A DNA stretch of 64,000 bases from an uncultured bacterium. Lineage in GTDB: Bacteria; Zixibacteria; MSB-5A5; GN15; FEB-12. The position numbers were made by a program, and so were the translations under genes. Location: NCBI GenBank assembly GCA_965372795.1, contig CBDVDR010000007.1:94838-158837 (forward strand), written 5' to 3'. The notes under the pieces were generated by a model. The model was not told where the DNA came from. It saw only the letters and a program-made list of their open reading frames with translations, and searched no databases. The stretch's first letter is position 1. The number at the start of each line of letters is the position of its first letter. Below, one piece after another: positions 52,738 to 63,197 of this stretch.

Positions 52738-53567
52738 CAGGTAGTCTCACTTTTTTTACGACCAAAGAAAAATCCAACGTTACCAATTATCACGAGGATA
52801 ATTATTAAAAGATGCACTAACGACTGAGCACTCATACCTTGAACCGCATTAGCAGGCTTACCAACCAGTATTTCATATTCAGCAGCACCTTTCATACCTC
52901 CCAATAGTCCAACAAACTGCCCGGCATCTACAAAAGCATAATATTTTGGAGCCGAGACCGCTGTAGTTCCACATCCCATCGGAGTACCATATTGTGCATT
53001 TACTATTGAGACCCAGTAATCAGCGGTTGCATTATCAGCAACCTCATAGATAAAAGCCACATCATCATAATTTTTAACATTATGCATCAAGGGTAATTCC
53101 GACAATGGTGTTCCGGAGTTATCTGTCGGGAAAATACCTTCTATCGAAGTACCCATTCCGGAAAGAACCGCAACATAGTTGGCTTTGTACCCCAGATTAA
53201 CAAAATCAATGCCATACACTTTATTATATAGCGGAGCTATTGATCTGGTAACCGACTCAGCCATTGAAGGACCACCAAGCGGAATATTGCTTAGTGTTAC
53301 AACTTTGCAATCCTTTCGGAAAAAATGATGCAAGGCTGCGATCGTCATCGGTTCACATTCGGCGATAGTCGAAGGATAGTAATCAAAAACCAGCATCACA
53401 TTTGAAGAATCCGGTAAGGCTTCGACGGCATCATATAATTTTTGTGCTTCGGGTGTAATGCTTATTGGAAAACTGGTCGGTATTAAAAAGGGTATAAATA
53501 CGGCTATCCCAACCATAAGGTAAACCCAGCGACGATCCATCTGTTCCATTTTTTGCCAGATATTCAT
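52737..53567 (-). CDS. Conserved hypothetical membrane-anchored protein (gene 3 of module)
   Basis: TM, alpha/beta domain (YGIDFVNLGY, GQFVGLLGGMKGAAEYE), TM. Confidence 0.8.
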   Translation of the reverse strand: MNIWQKMEQMDRRWVYLMVGIAVFIPFLIPTSFPISITPEAQKLYDAVEALPDSSNVMLVFDYYPSTIAECEPMTIAALHHFFRKDCKVVTLSNIPLGGPSMAESVTRSIAPLYNKVYGIDFVNLGYKANYVAVLSGMGTSIEGIFPTDNSGTPLSELPLMHNVKNYDDVAFIYEVADNATADYWVSIVNAQYGTPMGCGTTAVSAPKYYAFVDAGQFVGLLGGMKGAAEYEILVGKPANAVQGMSAQSLVHLLIIILVIIGNVGFFFGRKKSETT

Positions 53568-53570
53568 CGC

Positions 53571-54230
53571 TTAACCTTTCCCCATATAGGTGCGTTCGAT
53601 CCCGAGAATAATTCGAAGAGACATTGAGGCGGCACCTAATGCGGCACCAATGATAATTCCCCGTTGTACAGCCATATTAGCACCGTTCATAATGAATGTG
53701 TTCAAAAATTCAGAAATATTGCCCGGAATTAGATTCAAAAGAGCTTCACCCATCGGAACCCGCCAAAGCATAACCATACAGGCTGTTATCAAAAGAATTG
53801 TCGATTCCGCAGAACGCGCTCTAAACGCACGATATGCTGCTGAAGCGATATAAAAGGCTAAAGTTGCAAACATGGTTGCCATCATCGGTGCATCAAGATA
53901 TACAAATAACCAATCGTATATAGACCCTTCCGCCCGTCCAAAAAGAGACGACAATGAAGATGGAAGAACCGATGGAATTGCCATGGCAAAGATTGAAATC
54001 AAAGTAATTAGTTTATAGATCCATCCCTCTTGGCGTTTTTTTACAGCCGCCCAGTTTACCCGCGTAATCGAAACAACACCAAGTAACAGGGTAAACCCGC
54101 CAACAATAGTCAGCCATATTTTTATTTCCTGTGATAAACCGCCAATAAATGACTGTTCATTAAAGAAAAATGAAACAACCATTATAAGTCCGGCAAGAAA
54201 TGCAACTGCAACAGGAATTGATGTTCTCAT
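53571..54230 (-). CDS. Conserved hypothetical integral membrane protein (gene 2 of module)
   Basis: About 6 TM; ATMFATLAFYIASAAYRAFR, QRGIIIGAALG...SLRIILGIER. Confidence 0.8.
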   Translation of the reverse strand: MRTSIPVAVAFLAGLIMVVSFFFNEQSFIGGLSQEIKIWLTIVGGFTLLLGVVSITRVNWAAVKKRQEGWIYKLITLISIFAMAIPSVLPSSLSSLFGRAEGSIYDWLFVYLDAPMMATMFATLAFYIASAAYRAFRARSAESTILLITACMVMLWRVPMGEALLNLIPGNISEFLNTFIMNGANMAVQRGIIIGAALGAASMSLRIILGIERTYMGKG

Positions 54231-54236
54231 AATATT

Positions 54237-55103
54237 TTAAGATACCTCAAACAGATTTAAATATAATTCACTATATCCGAGTGAAGCGAGAATAACTCCC
54301 AATAAAATTAAAAATACAATAATCATTTTAACAAAGTCCTGCCCTTTTAATCCGCCAAGCATTAACGGTTCATGGGAAAGATAAGCCGAAGCAGCGTATA
54401 GTTCTTCACCCATAAGAGTATAGTCACAGGCAGCAATAAAGAAAGGTAGTTGTTCAGGGCGGGCGGTACCGGCAATCTGAATCGAACCGGCAGCATTACC
54501 GGTCTCAGCCAGTAAGAGCGATTCGGCAAAAAAGGCACCCATGTAAATATTGGTAGCCGGACGTTCACGCATCATATATCCATTCACATTAGCTGTAAAT
54601 GCAAATTGCTCTCCGGCAACATACCGAACGATATCTTTGTCGTACGAATCCCCTTTGCCCATTTCAATATATGCCTGCTCGACCACTTCCTGACCGGCAG
54701 CCAAAACCAGAGGATAGCGAACGGGAACCATGAGCGGAGTATCATATTGAGCTGTAATTTTAGCAACTCGTCCTAAAATTGAAATTCCTGCAATAGTTTC
54801 GATTTCATCAAGCTCAGCAATTCCGGGAATAAAAAGTACCGGACGACCCATTTCGGTTGCCCGTCCAACAGCTTCTTCAACAGCATCCAAGCCGGGAATT
54901 TTTCTCAAAAACAGTTTTTTCCCTTTTTTAGCCCAATTCGTATAAAGTAAAACTGCTGCCGAAAAGATTAAGACCAAGACCAAAGCATTGATGCGATCAA
55001 AACGGAATAAATCATCGGAAGTCTGGGCAGATACTGAGTCGGAAATCAGTAGAACTGATGATGTGACTGTGAAAAGGAAATATTTAATAGACTGTTTATT
55101 CAT
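54237..55103 (-). CDS. DUF6754-like membrane protein (gene 1 of module)
   Basis: RKIPGLDAVEEAVGRATEMGRP, FFAESLLLAETG, QIAGT, CDYTLMGEELYAASAY; DUF assignment from memory. Confidence 0.75.
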   Translation of the reverse strand: MNKQSIKYFLFTVTSSVLLISDSVSAQTSDDLFRFDRINALVLVLIFSAAVLLYTNWAKKGKKLFLRKIPGLDAVEEAVGRATEMGRPVLFIPGIAELDEIETIAGISILGRVAKITAQYDTPLMVPVRYPLVLAAGQEVVEQAYIEMGKGDSYDKDIVRYVAGEQFAFTANVNGYMMRERPATNIYMGAFFAESLLLAETGNAAGSIQIAGTARPEQLPFFIAACDYTLMGEELYAASAYLSHEPLMLGGLKGQDFVKMIIVFLILLGVILASLGYSELYLNLFEVS

Positions 55104-55203
55104 TGAATGTCAATATACTGTTTAGACCTGTTTTGTCAAACTTAATATCAGTTATTTACTATTCTATTTGACGCATTGCGGCTTTAACTGTTTATTCATA
55201 TTT

Positions 55204-55737
55204 ATGCAGCGAATACTAATTTTAGGAAATTGCGGAGCCGGTAAATCGACGCTGGCAGTGAAATTAGGTAAAGTAACAAAATTACCGGTTTTCCATCTGG
55301 ATCGATATTTTTGGAAACCTAATTGGGTTGAACCTGATCAGGACAGCTGGAGGAAAGTGCTTAAAGAGTTGCTTAAAAGTGATTTCTGGATCATGGATGG
55401 TAATCACAGTAATAGTCTTGATATGAGAATCCCTCGTTCCGACCTAATTATTCTATTAGACTTTCCAACAATGGTTTGTTTATGGAGAGTTCTTAAAAGA
55501 AGAATTAAAGCTTTTTATACTGATCAAACTGATGTTGCAGAAGGTTGCCCTGAGAAATTTGATTTTGAATTTTATAAATGGGTCTGGGATTATAAATCAA
55601 AAAGGTTTGATATAACAACCAAATTTATAGAAAAACATAATGCCTCTCACAAAGTTGTCGTATTAAATTCACAAGATGAAATTGAATGCTTTTTAATAAA
55701 AATGGATGAACAATTTGTTAAAACAGCTGGTCAATAA
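55204..55737 (+). CDS. Adenylate kinase-like P-loop protein (FlaR/topology modulation protein family)
   Basis: RILILGNCGAGKSTLA, HLD..FWKPNW, WIMDGN, GCPEKFD. Confidence 0.85.
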   Translation: MQRILILGNCGAGKSTLAVKLGKVTKLPVFHLDRYFWKPNWVEPDQDSWRKVLKELLKSDFWIMDGNHSNSLDMRIPRSDLIILLDFPTMVCLWRVLKRRIKAFYTDQTDVAEGCPEKFDFEFYKWVWDYKSKRFDITTKFIEKHNASHKVVVLNSQDEIECFLIKMDEQFVKTAGQ

Positions 55738-58681
55738 GCAATACTAAATCAATGACCGATATTTTACGATCTTCGTTCAGATCAAATGAAGTTGAATAGT
55801 TTTGTGCATCCCCTTCCCAGTACAAATAATTAACTAATTCGACCAGCATAGAGATATCAGTTTTATTTTCAGCAGATTTTTTACTGCCAACCTGCCAATA
55901 TAAATTATCAATCAAAGTACGGGATTGCTCGGGCTCCATTGTCCAGAGATGGAATCCGAATAAATATGTTTCAGTATCATCTTTAAAAGATCTAAGCCCT
56001 ACCGGTTGTTGGTGCTGAATCGATTTATCCGGGTCAATAGCTCCAAACTCGTAGATGACATCCGCATCATTGCTTGCCGCAAAAGATACAACAACCGGAT
56101 TTGTTTCTTCGGGCCAGAATGTTTTCATAGATTCTGTAAATAGATAGCGACTTATTTCAAAATTAATATCACTAAAAGATTGGTTTATACTTTTTGCCTG
56201 TACAAATCCAAAAAGGGTATCAATAAAATCGGGTTGGTTTAGAATAAAAAATGTTAAACCCACATTGTAAATAGAATCAATCGCAAAATACTTATTTATG
56301 AATGAATTTACCGGTGTGATATATCCCGTATCGGTAAATAGCATAGTTTCTGTCAGCCCGCGTAAAGCTCCAAAATATGCCAATCTTCCGCCGGAAAGTA
56401 AATATTTTTCAAAACTTTCAATTCGTAACGGTTTACTGATTGTTAATGTCTGACGTTCATCAAACCCCTCATCAATAATTATCATTCGATAATTTGCAAA
56501 ATCCAGCCAGTTTACTGTTAAACTATCGGTGATGCTATAAAATTCATAATCAAAGGCGGGAGTAATCCCCCCCAATAATGAATCGTAGAAATAAGTGACT
56601 GAATCGTAAGTCACAAAATTATTACTGATGTTCCCCCGGCTGGTGATAACAAGAATGTCTCGAGTTTTTTCAGGAACATAAAGGGCTAAGACAGCAATAG
56701 AAAAATCTGATTCATAACCTATTTTGTTAACAGCTGAAACTATATATATTTCTCCCTCGACAAAGTCAATATCCTCGAACCGATAAAGCCCTGAATCGAC
56801 TTTTGCAAATGGTGTCATAGCATAGTAGTAGTAAATTTGATTTTCAATATCAAATGAGTCAACCGGCGTTATAAATTCTTTTGATTCCCCTTTGTCATAA
56901 AAAGGATTATACAAAAGTTGTGATGAAATTGAATCAGGAAATTTATAAATATTATAATGGTCAATGTTTTCTATCGATTGTTCCTGCCATTTCAAAACAA
57001 CAGCAGTTCCGTTTTCTGCAAAGACTTTATCATGTGCTATATATGGCGCAGAAAAATTGTGTTCAATATTGATAATAAGCGGTTCAGAAATTTGCCCGGA
57101 ACTATCCTTAGTTTGATGAGCGACATTAACCATATATACTTTATCATTTAAAAGAGTATCAAAAACATATTTATGATTTAAACCGACATTTTTATAGAAA
57201 GTCGGGTTATCAATTTCAAGCCATGGTGGTGCCAGACCGGGATAGGGAAGCAACTCTGGTGGAATTTCGGTCAAGTATAAATCGTATCCGATTACTTCAT
57301 CATAAACCCATGGATCCCACTCAACAATAAATGAGTCGCGATCAAGATATAGCTGTTTGAGCCCAATCGGTTGAAAATATGGATTATGAAGCGAATCAGC
57401 CATATAGTCAGCCCAGTAGGCAATATTTTGCAAATCTGAAAAATTTATATTTTCAAGATAGAAATCCGGGATATAGTCATCATTAATATATCGATCATAA
57501 TTATATGGATCCCAGTGGACAAATTCACCGGTAAAAGTTGTGTATGCTATTCGTGCAGAGGAATCCGGTTCAAGATCAAACGGTCCAATTGAAATCATAA
57601 TCTTGATATCAGCCCCATCTGAGAATGACATTGCATAAGTTTGATCAGGATAATTCCAGTAAGGGTCTGTAGAATCTATTGTGGCAGCATATACTTGATT
57701 ATAGTCCCATTCAGGAAAGCTCATCATCAAATATCTATCAACTGCAGATGAAAATGCAAATACACTTGAATAAGGTGTTACATAATCAGGGGCTAATGTA
57801 TCTTTTGAATGAGGACCAACTTCATCTAAAGAGAATAGATCTCTGGTATACCAATTAAAGCTGGTATCTTTTGAAGCAAATGAAGATTCCAAAAACTTAA
57901 AGGCAAATGCCTGGGTAGGGCTTTCCACTGTAAATTGACCCTGAGAAGGGTCACCATCATTGTCTATAACGTAAAAAATACCATCATCCCTTAATGAGCC
58001 GGCAAGATCATCGTCGTAACCGATATTATTTGCCCCTCCTTCATGGAAAATATCAACATCAAAAAAGAATCCAATAAATCCTTTTTCAATTTTATTATCA
58101 CCAATATTTGTAATAACCATATCATAGAATATTGCTTTACTAAAAGGTGTATCATAAAAAGCATGAGAACGATTAGATATGCTCACACCCAATGGTCTAA
58201 TAAAGTTAGTATTGCTATCAGAGAATTCAGCCCGAAGTGAAAAATCAGCCGGATAATTGAAACTTGTAACAGATGGTTCCTGATTGGGAGGATTAAAATA
58301 ACTTGATGCATACATATCAGTTAAACTATAACTTACAAGGGTGTCATTTCCAACGATACCTCCAACCATCATTCCCCCCATCCAGAGATATTCATTATTA
58401 CTTCCGGAAGGTATTTCAAATGACGCGACGGGCCAGCCGACATAGTCGGGTGTCGACCTTAGCCCAAACCTGCCATAGCAATCAAATGATGCAGAAATTT
58501 TGCCAGTTTGATTAACTCCATTAAATAATGGGAACGGAATTTCATCTTCTAAAGGAGGTGTAAATTCTGTCGCAATCGAATTTTTTTGATGTGAATAATC
58601 AAATATATCTCTACTGCTTAATGAAATATAGATCAGCAAAAGAGCAAAAATCAAAATCAATATATATTTATTATTATTCAC
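55718..58681 (-). CDS. Large secreted protein with FN3-like segments and a C-terminal dockerin-like repeat
   Basis: N-terminal hydrophobic signal, FEIPSGSNNEYLW.GG...GGIVG.DTLVS, C-terminal DLNEDRKISVIDLVLLIDQLF. Confidence 0.65.
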   Translation of the reverse strand: MNNNKYILILIFALLLIYISLSSRDIFDYSHQKNSIATEFTPPLEDEIPFPLFNGVNQTGKISASFDCYGRFGLRSTPDYVGWPVASFEIPSGSNNEYLWMGGMMVGGIVGNDTLVSYSLTDMYASSYFNPPNQEPSVTSFNYPADFSLRAEFSDSNTNFIRPLGVSISNRSHAFYDTPFSKAIFYDMVITNIGDNKIEKGFIGFFFDVDIFHEGGANNIGYDDDLAGSLRDDGIFYVIDNDGDPSQGQFTVESPTQAFAFKFLESSFASKDTSFNWYTRDLFSLDEVGPHSKDTLAPDYVTPYSSVFAFSSAVDRYLMMSFPEWDYNQVYAATIDSTDPYWNYPDQTYAMSFSDGADIKIMISIGPFDLEPDSSARIAYTTFTGEFVHWDPYNYDRYINDDYIPDFYLENINFSDLQNIAYWADYMADSLHNPYFQPIGLKQLYLDRDSFIVEWDPWVYDEVIGYDLYLTEIPPELLPYPGLAPPWLEIDNPTFYKNVGLNHKYVFDTLLNDKVYMVNVAHQTKDSSGQISEPLIINIEHNFSAPYIAHDKVFAENGTAVVLKWQEQSIENIDHYNIYKFPDSISSQLLYNPFYDKGESKEFITPVDSFDIENQIYYYYAMTPFAKVDSGLYRFEDIDFVEGEIYIVSAVNKIGYESDFSIAVLALYVPEKTRDILVITSRGNISNNFVTYDSVTYFYDSLLGGITPAFDYEFYSITDSLTVNWLDFANYRMIIIDEGFDERQTLTISKPLRIESFEKYLLSGGRLAYFGALRGLTETMLFTDTGYITPVNSFINKYFAIDSIYNVGLTFFILNQPDFIDTLFGFVQAKSINQSFSDINFEISRYLFTESMKTFWPEETNPVVVSFAASNDADVIYEFGAIDPDKSIQHQQPVGLRSFKDDTETYLFGFHLWTMEPEQSRTLIDNLYWQVGSKKSAENKTDISMLVELVNYLYWEGDAQNYSTSFDLNEDRKISVIDLVLLIDQLF

Positions 58682-58810
58682 TTTATACCCATTGAGAGAT
58701 TTCCGTTATGGTTAAATATAACCCGTTAATTACTTTAACGCAAAAGATGATCTTATTGTTTAGTAAAATAAAGGGTCGTAAATATGTATGATTTTATGAG
58801 TTTACAAATT

Positions 58811-59761
58811 TCATTTATTTAAAAATGAAGCTATAATAACCCAGAATACAATAGCAACGAGGGTTACTAAGGTTATTAGAAGATATGATCTTTGAGAAAA
58901 TCGGCTTTTTATGGCGTCATCGGCTTGCGGGAGTTGATGGTTAAATTTCTCCATCTCCTTTAATGTAACCAGCATTTCGGTTGCATCCGAAAACCTGTCA
59001 GCAGGATTTTTTTTGAGAAATTTTTTCAGGCACAACAGAGTATCTCCGGGGAATTTTTTATCATGGATTAGACTTAAATCAGGTTCATTATGAGTTATTT
59101 TTTTTAATAACTCCTTATTTTCCTCAGCATCAAATGGCAATTTTTGGCAAATTATTTCGTAAAAAATTACACCAAGAGCATATAGATCAGAGCTGCGACT
59201 TGCAACCTCGCCATGAATAATTTCAGGAGCCAGGTATTGAAATTCATCATCGGCTATATTATTGTAATCAATCTTTTCAATATCAAAGTTGTGCGGAAAC
59301 CCATTGTCAAGGAGTCTGACCTCGCCTATATGATTTATTAATATATTAGATGGCTTCAAATTGCCATGGGCAGTCGTTGTTTCATGAATAAACTGAAGTC
59401 CTTTGATGATCTTATTCAGATAGTATAGAAGCTCATCATTGGTAATAATTCTATCTTTAAAATATTCATTGATTGGAATACCATCAAAATATTCTTCAAT
59501 AAACAATATTCTGTTACCGACTTCTTTGATTTCTGAGACAGTAGTCAAAATCGGACTATCTATTAATGATATGGATTTTATGGAGGTTAAGGCCGGACCT
59601 CTAAACGCCGGGTCAGAGGATAGTTTTTCATTCAACCATTTAAGGGCGACTGTTCTTTTTTGGATTGGGTCCCAGGCTTTGAACACTTCCCCATTGGGAC
59701 CATCCCCAATTTTTTCAAGAATTTCAAAACCTTCGATATGGCTGACAATATTTTGTTCCAT
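58811..59761 (-). CDS. Hanks-type Ser/Thr kinase-like membrane protein (probable pseudokinase)
   Basis: G.G..GEV, VALK, HGNLKPSNILI, DNG, YLAPE, SDLYALG; C-terminal TM. Confidence 0.85.
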   Translation of the reverse strand: MEQNIVSHIEGFEILEKIGDGPNGEVFKAWDPIQKRTVALKWLNEKLSSDPAFRGPALTSIKSISLIDSPILTTVSEIKEVGNRILFIEEYFDGIPINEYFKDRIITNDELLYYLNKIIKGLQFIHETTTAHGNLKPSNILINHIGEVRLLDNGFPHNFDIEKIDYNNIADDEFQYLAPEIIHGEVASRSSDLYALGVIFYEIICQKLPFDAEENKELLKKITHNEPDLSLIHDKKFPGDTLLCLKKFLKKNPADRFSDATEMLVTLKEMEKFNHQLPQADDAIKSRFSQRSYLLITLVTLVAIVFWVIIASFLNK

Positions 59762-59867
59762 AATAATATTAACGGAATTTAATGAAGAAACTTAATATAT
59801 CTTTATTATTCACTTTAATGATACATGAAAGCACTGTACACCAACAGGATACGCCTAATAAAGCTTA

Positions 59868-59900
59868 TTAAAAAAGCCCTCAGATAATTCTGAGAGCTTT
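59868..59900 (-). terminator. Terminator after pruA
   Basis: AAAGCCCTCAGA-TAAT-TCTGAGAGCTTT hairpin with a U-run on the minus strand. Confidence 0.7.
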
Positions 59901-59922
59901 AATTATATAATAGAATTACAAT

Positions 59923-61542
59923 TTAACCCATAAACGGGTATCTGTAATCCGTTGGAGTAACAAAAGTTTCTTTAATAGAACGTGGTGAAGTCCAGCGTAA
60001 CATGTTCTGAATTCCACCTGCTTTATCATTCGTACCCGAGGCGCGACCTCCGCCAAACGGTTGTTGACCAACAACAGCACCGGTTGGTTTGTCATTGATG
60101 TAAAAATTACCGGCGGCATTGCGAAGAGTTCGTTCGGCAAGTATGATTGCATTACGGTCAACTGCAAAAACTGCACCGGTTAATGCATACGGAGAGGTTC
60201 CGTCAACCAGGTGAAGAGTTTTTGCGAATTCTTCATCTTCATAAACATAGACAGTAAGTACCGGTCCGAATATTTCTTCTTCAATCAGTTTACAATGAGG
60301 ATCAGTTGTCAAAACCAGAGTCGGTGTGATATAGTATCCTTTGGATTTATCATAATCACCACCGGCAAGAATTTCACAACTATCGTCTGATTTTGCATGA
60401 TCAATATATGAAGTAATTGTGTCGAAGGCTGATTCATCAATGATAGCATTTACAAAATTAGTATGATCTTCCGGATCACCCATTTTTAGACCTGATACCT
60501 GTTTGACTATTTCATCCTTAATTTGTCCCCAGATAGTTTTAGGGATATAACAACGTGAGGCAGCAGAACATTTTTGTCCCTGGAATTCATAGGCACCACG
60601 AACCATAGCCGTTACAAGCTGATCCGGATTTGCTGATTTGTGAGCAATGATAAAATCTTTACCACCGGTCTCTCCAACGATTCTTGGATAGGTGCGATAG
60701 TTGGCAATATTGCCACCGACCGTATTCCACATTTTATGGAAGGTCGGAGTTGAGCCGGTGAAATGAATTCCGGCAAGGTTTTTATTGAGAAGAACCGTTT
60801 CACCGATATCGGCTCCACGGGCAAAAATCATATTGATTACTCCTGCCGGAAGGCCAGCTTCACGGAGAATTTTCATCAGGAAATGAGATGTATAAGCAGC
60901 CGTCGATGCCGGTTTCCAAACGACAACATTACCAAGCATTGCCGGAGCAGTCGGAAGGTTACCATTGATCGAAACAAAGTTAAACGGAGTAACCGCAAAA
61001 ACAAATCCTTCTAAAGGACGATGATCCAAACGATCCCAAATTGTCGGAGCGTTTAACGGTTGATTGGAGTAAATTTCCTGCATATAGTAGGCGTTGAATT
61101 TGAAGAAATCAACCAGTTCACAAACAGCATCAATCTCAGCCTGATAAATATTTTTTGAATGAGCCAGCATTGTAGCGGCATTGACTGTGGCACGATATGG
61201 ACCGGCGAGAAGGTCGGCAGCTTTTAAAAATATAGCAGCCCGATGTTCCCAGGGAACCATCGACCAGGCTTTATATGCCTCAAGCGAGGATTCGACAGCT
61301 GTCTTAACTTCAGCTTCGCTGCCTTGATAGTAAAAGCCAAGCTTAAGCTGGTGGTTATGAGGAGATGTTATTTCAATCTTTTTATCAGTTTTAACATCTT
61401 TACCATCGATCACCATTGGTATTTCGAGTTGCATTGATTTTAATTCGGCAAGGGCTTTTTCAAGCTCAATTTTCTCCGGTGAACCGGGGATATAGCTTTT
61501 GATCGGTTCGTTGACCGGTGTGGGAACTCTAAACAAACTCAT
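59923..61542 (-). CDS. pruA: L-glutamate gamma-semialdehyde (P5C) dehydrogenase
   Basis: AEIDA.CEL.DF, RPLEGFVFA.TPFNF, FTGST, GETGGKDF, EFQGQKCSA, QPFGGGRASGTNDKAG. Confidence 0.96.
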   Translation of the reverse strand: MSLFRVPTPVNEPIKSYIPGSPEKIELEKALAELKSMQLEIPMVIDGKDVKTDKKIEITSPHNHQLKLGFYYQGSEAEVKTAVESSLEAYKAWSMVPWEHRAAIFLKAADLLAGPYRATVNAATMLAHSKNIYQAEIDAVCELVDFFKFNAYYMQEIYSNQPLNAPTIWDRLDHRPLEGFVFAVTPFNFVSINGNLPTAPAMLGNVVVWKPASTAAYTSHFLMKILREAGLPAGVINMIFARGADIGETVLLNKNLAGIHFTGSTPTFHKMWNTVGGNIANYRTYPRIVGETGGKDFIIAHKSANPDQLVTAMVRGAYEFQGQKCSAASRCYIPKTIWGQIKDEIVKQVSGLKMGDPEDHTNFVNAIIDESAFDTITSYIDHAKSDDSCEILAGGDYDKSKGYYITPTLVLTTDPHCKLIEEEIFGPVLTVYVYEDEEFAKTLHLVDGTSPYALTGAVFAVDRNAIILAERTLRNAAGNFYINDKPTGAVVGQQPFGGGRASGTNDKAGGIQNMLRWTSPRSIKETFVTPTDYRYPFMG

Positions 61543-61721
61543 GATTTCCTCCCAGACCAAAAAGATCTGTTTATAAAAAAATATTAATTCTCATTTAGCT
61601 AAAAGTCAGCTTAATTTATTGAACGGGAAAATAATTATAAAGAGCTTCTTGAGCAAGCAGATTGGTAAGTATTTCACAAATTGATTTGAAATTCGGACAT
61701 AAAAAAACTGCTTTAACATAA

Positions 61722-61793
61722 TGACCCCAACGGGAGTCGAACCCGTGTTAACGCCGTGAAAGGGCGCCGTCCTAACCACTAGACGATGGGGCC
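61722..61793 (-). tRNA. tRNA-Glu(TTC), CCA not encoded
   Basis: GGCCCCATCGTCTAGTGGTTAGGACGGCGCCCTTTCACGGCGTTAACACGGGTTCGACTCCCGTTGGGGTCA cloverleaf; upstream TTGACA-N16-TATAAT. Confidence 0.97.
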
Positions 61794-62162
61794 ATTGCCT
61801 TAACGCAGAGACCTATTATACATTTTTTCTCAATTCTGTCAAGGATTTAAAAGCCTCTGATAAAAAATTAGCTATTTTCGTAGCACAAAGGCTCAAATAC
61901 CTGTTTAAACTCAAAAAACAGGGTTAATTACAAAATTTGACTTTATAAATAAAATCACAAAATAAGAGTTATTGTACTTTTAATTGAAATAATCATCTTA
62001 ACTAATCTTCTACTCTTTATATTTTTGGGTTTTTTTCAATATTTTGTTTCTGAGATTCTATCTAATCAGTAAAAAATAATTTAATTCTCCGTTTAATATT
62101 AGAATGGATTAATCCTATAAGTCATAAAAGCTGTCTTATATAAAAAGAGGAGTTTTTGAATT

Positions 62163-62966
62163 TTGAAAAAAATAATATCCATTTTTACGATGATTATCCT
62201 TTTCAGTCTAGGGGGCTGTAATGAAATAAATATGGAATGTAATTGGACCGATTCGCCAATTGAAGTTGATGGCATCAGATCAGACTGGTCAAATATACCT
62301 TTTCACTATTTTGAAGAAGATAAAATTTCAATCGGAATCTGTAATGACGATGATTATTTGTATCTCCTGATGCTTACCCGCGATATGAGCCTTAACAGGA
62401 ATATCAACAGAGGCGGTTTAAAATTATGGCTTGATTTGGAAGCAGGGAAAGATAAAAACAACGGTCTTCTGATAGTAGGTACAAAAGAAATGTCCGAGGA
62501 TCCAAGGATGAAAAGAGAAAATTTGAGAGATTTGTCAGCTGAGGAGCGAGAAGAACAAATACGGGAAATGGCAGCAAAACCAAAAAACGTAATTATTCTT
62601 AACGGTAAACAAAGAGCTGATATAACTAATAATAATTCAATTAATATCAATTTTGCTTCTGGCTATGATGCTGGATTTATTTTTTACGAATACCGAATCC
62701 CTTTAAGAAATTCTCCCCTGTTTGTTGATAACAGCAGTATCAAAAATGATATAAATTTCAGTATCGGTCTGGAAGTGTCCGGATTGGATAACAAAGCTAT
62801 GAAAGAAAAACGACAACAGATGGCTGATCAAGGAAGCGGTTTTGGTGGTCGGGGCGGTGGAAATAGAGGCGGCGGCAAAAGTGGTGGGATGCGCCAACAG
62901 ATGCAGCAAAATAACCGGCCAAGAGAAATATGGCTAAAAACTAAATTGGCAATAGCCTCCGATTAA
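62163..62966 (+). CDS. Hypothetical lipoprotein with Gly-rich C-terminal segment
   Basis: Lipobox LGGC, VDG...DW, ND...LYL, FYEYRIPL, GGRGGGNRGGG. Confidence 0.75.
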   Translation: MKKIISIFTMIILFSLGGCNEINMECNWTDSPIEVDGIRSDWSNIPFHYFEEDKISIGICNDDDYLYLLMLTRDMSLNRNINRGGLKLWLDLEAGKDKNNGLLIVGTKEMSEDPRMKRENLRDLSAEEREEQIREMAAKPKNVIILNGKQRADITNNNSININFASGYDAGFIFYEYRIPLRNSPLFVDNSSIKNDINFSIGLEVSGLDNKAMKEKRQQMADQGSGFGGRGGGNRGGGKSGGMRQQMQQNNRPREIWLKTKLAIASD

Positions 62967-63162
62967 AATTAAATTGTTCGAGCTGATTATTTTTAGAATT
63001 TGATAGAGCACTCAACCATGCAAAGTTTTTCACAGTAATCGAGAACTTTCTTAATTTGAGTTAGAATAATTATAAGTTTGGCGAGTCCAATATTGGTCCC
63101 TGCGTAGAGAATTTTCATCGTTAGATTGATGTTGGTGTTATTTCAAATCAGAGCGAGTTAAA

Positions 63163-63197
63163 TAAAAAATCCCGGCTGCCTCAGATGTTGCCGGGGT
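63163..63197 (-). terminator. Terminator-like hairpin
   Basis: CCCGGC...GCCGGG stem followed by ATTTTTT on the minus strand. Confidence 0.45.

Noticed and set aside
61662..61679. TTGTGAA-ATAC-TTACCAA Rex-like site upstream of pruA
   Set aside because: Two mismatches in one arm in AT-rich DNA; too weak alone.
62993..63118. 41-codon minus-strand ORF MKILYAGTNIGL...
   Set aside because: No RBS and no recognisable motif; likely chance.
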